From contig NIVC01001216.1 in NCBI GenBank assembly GCA_002269645.1, positions 248,001 through 312,000 on the forward strand: a stretch of DNA of 64,000 nucleotides, in the 5' to 3' direction. Source of the DNA: Macrostomum lignano (taxonomy: Eukaryota). Positions within the stretch are counted from its first letter, which is position 1. Every line of letters starts with the position of its first letter. The notes below the pieces were generated by a model. That model did no database searches, was not told where the DNA came from, and saw only the letters and a list, made by a program, of their open reading frames with translations. A program made the position numbers and the translations under genes. Below, piece after piece: positions 62,709-64,000 of this stretch.

Positions 62709-63003
62709 TGTACTGTAGAAATGAAAAGACCGATGGTCCGCCAAAAACTATTTGGAGCTGAGGCTCAAGCGAGACGATATCAAAACGTAAACCGTAAGCC
62801 GTACACAGGGCTAATAAGCCCTCTCGATGATATATATATTTATTGCAGTCAGTCAGAATCAGCCAGCGTGGAGGGGGTGGGTGCAGAGATGGGCCTGGGC
62901 TAAATCAGCGTACATAGAAAATTGAATAATAAACACGTACGTACATTAAATCACGCAGTGGAATTGGAAAGAAAATCAATGCTACTAATCTACCTCCCAA
63001 ACA
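62709..63003 (-). repeat. 5' LTR (295 bp)
   Basis: Duplicate of 60105-60399. Confidence 0.95.
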
Positions 63004-63270
63004 AAGGGGGAGGGAGAGAGAGGGAGAGGGAGAGGGGGAGTGGGGGGAGGTAGAGAGGGGAGTGGGGGGAGGGAGAGAGGGAGAGTGGGGAAAGGAGAGG
63101 GAGAGTGGGGGGAGGGAGAGAGGGAGAGTGGGGGAAAGGAGAGTGGGGGGAAGGAAAGTGGGAGAGTGTGGGGGGTAGAGAAGGAGTGAGAGGGAGTGAG
63201 AGAGATAGTGAGGGGGAGGGAGAAGGAGAGTGATGGTTAAGGAGAGAGGGAGGGGGCAGAGATGGGGAGA
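63004..63270. repeat. GA-rich polypurine tract
   Basis: Almost only G/A on the + strand; begins at the right TSD. Confidence 0.9.
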
Positions 63271-63671
63271 GAGATATTCCATTCCCTTCAAAGTCCAGGG
63301 CAGTCTGTATCGCATCGCTGCCATCAATGCATCATCATATTCGATGCTGTTTACTAGGAGGTCAAATTTTCGTCCTGTCAACATCTGCAGGCGAAAGCAA
63401 AAAACACGCAATTAATGGCAATTTTGGCTGGGTCGAAAACGACCGGCTGACGGTTTCTGCGTTCCCTGTCCTCGTCTCAGCTTCCTTTTCACTCCTTAAT
63501 TTTCCAAACAGAGCTATATAATTACAGCAAGTCTGCGTCTCACTTTCCTGTGAAGTCCGACATGCTCAAACGACTTCATTCTGACATTAATTGAGTAGCT
63601 ATATTGTCAGAAGCTGCTGCTCAACACGCTAACTAATGTCATTGGTTACCCTTCAGACGACGTTTCTAATT

Positions 63672-64000
63672 CTCATTCAGATGGAACTAAATCCCATTCA
63701 GATGGAACTAAATCCCATTCAGATGGAACTAAATCCCATTCAGATGGAACTAAATCCCATTCAGATGGAACTAAATCCCATTTAGATGGAACTAAATCCC
63801 ATTCAGATGGAACTAAATCCCATTCAGATGGAACTAAATCCCATTCAGATGGAACTAAATCCCATTTAGATGGAACTAAATCCCATTCAGATGGAACTAA
63901 ATCCCATTCAGATGGAACTAAATCCCATTCAGACGGAACTAAACTCCTTCAGACGGAACTAAACTCCTTCAGACAGAACTAAAATCGTTTAGATGGAACT
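63672..64000. repeat. 21-bp minisatellite (CATTCAGATGGAACTAAATCC), running off the window
   Basis: About 15 copies. Confidence 0.95.

Larger units (their letters stand above)
60105..63003 (-). mobile_element. Internally deleted BEL/Pao LTR retrotransposon (2.9 kb) with TSD AAGGG
   Basis: Direct 295-bp LTRs (TG...CA on minus), AAGGG on both flanks, PBS, polypurine tract (PPT), and gag/RT/RNase H/integrase fragments. Confidence 0.95.

Noticed and set aside
63270-63420. Possible exon on either strand after the GA tract
   Set aside because: The + strand frame is incompatible with phase 1; the minus-strand candidate has an acceptor but no donor or partner exon in the window.

Overview
This is eukaryotic (metazoan) genomic DNA, not prokaryotic: GC-rich exons with GT-AG introns are embedded in about 30 different minisatellite and microsatellite arrays. 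The style (CpG-rich exons, introns filled with tandem repeats, divergent GPCRs and a DEG/ENaC channel) resembles a free-living flatworm such as Macrostomum; this is an inference only. I built six gene models by hand with phase-consistent splice sites. (1) A 5-exon orphan type-I membrane protein (+, 1924-5719, ~344 aa). (2) A 2-exon rhodopsin-family GPCR (-, 6391-7711). (3) A 4-exon DEG/ENaC/ASIC channel with atypical pore motifs (-, 10047-19258). (4) Adenylate kinase 9 (+, 6 exons, 20797-28608, ~1957 aa). (5) An intronless atypical 7TM receptor (-, 35865-37109). (6) The 5' part of TOGARAM1/crescerin (+, from 45419, running off the window). Mobile DNA comprises a decayed Ty3/gypsy integrase (597-897), a tRNA-derived SINE (~56370-56566) and a very young, internally deleted BEL/Pao LTR element (60105-63003) with apparently identical 295-bp LTRs, a 5-bp target-site duplication (TSD) and a tRNA-iMet primer-binding site (PBS). 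Most long ORFs in the supplied track are artefacts of stop-free repeat units. The leads most worth checking are: intron-private minisatellites that abut and copy splice signals; a ~120-copy GC-box+CCAAT array just upstream of an exon-internal RFX X-box in TOGARAM1; a non-autonomous BEL/Pao element; a DEG/ENaC with an Asp-to-Arg change in TM2; and a large inverted (GACA)n/(TGTC)n pair. All alignments and counts were done by eye, so repeat boundaries are approximate. No clearly new biological system is proven from sequence alone.
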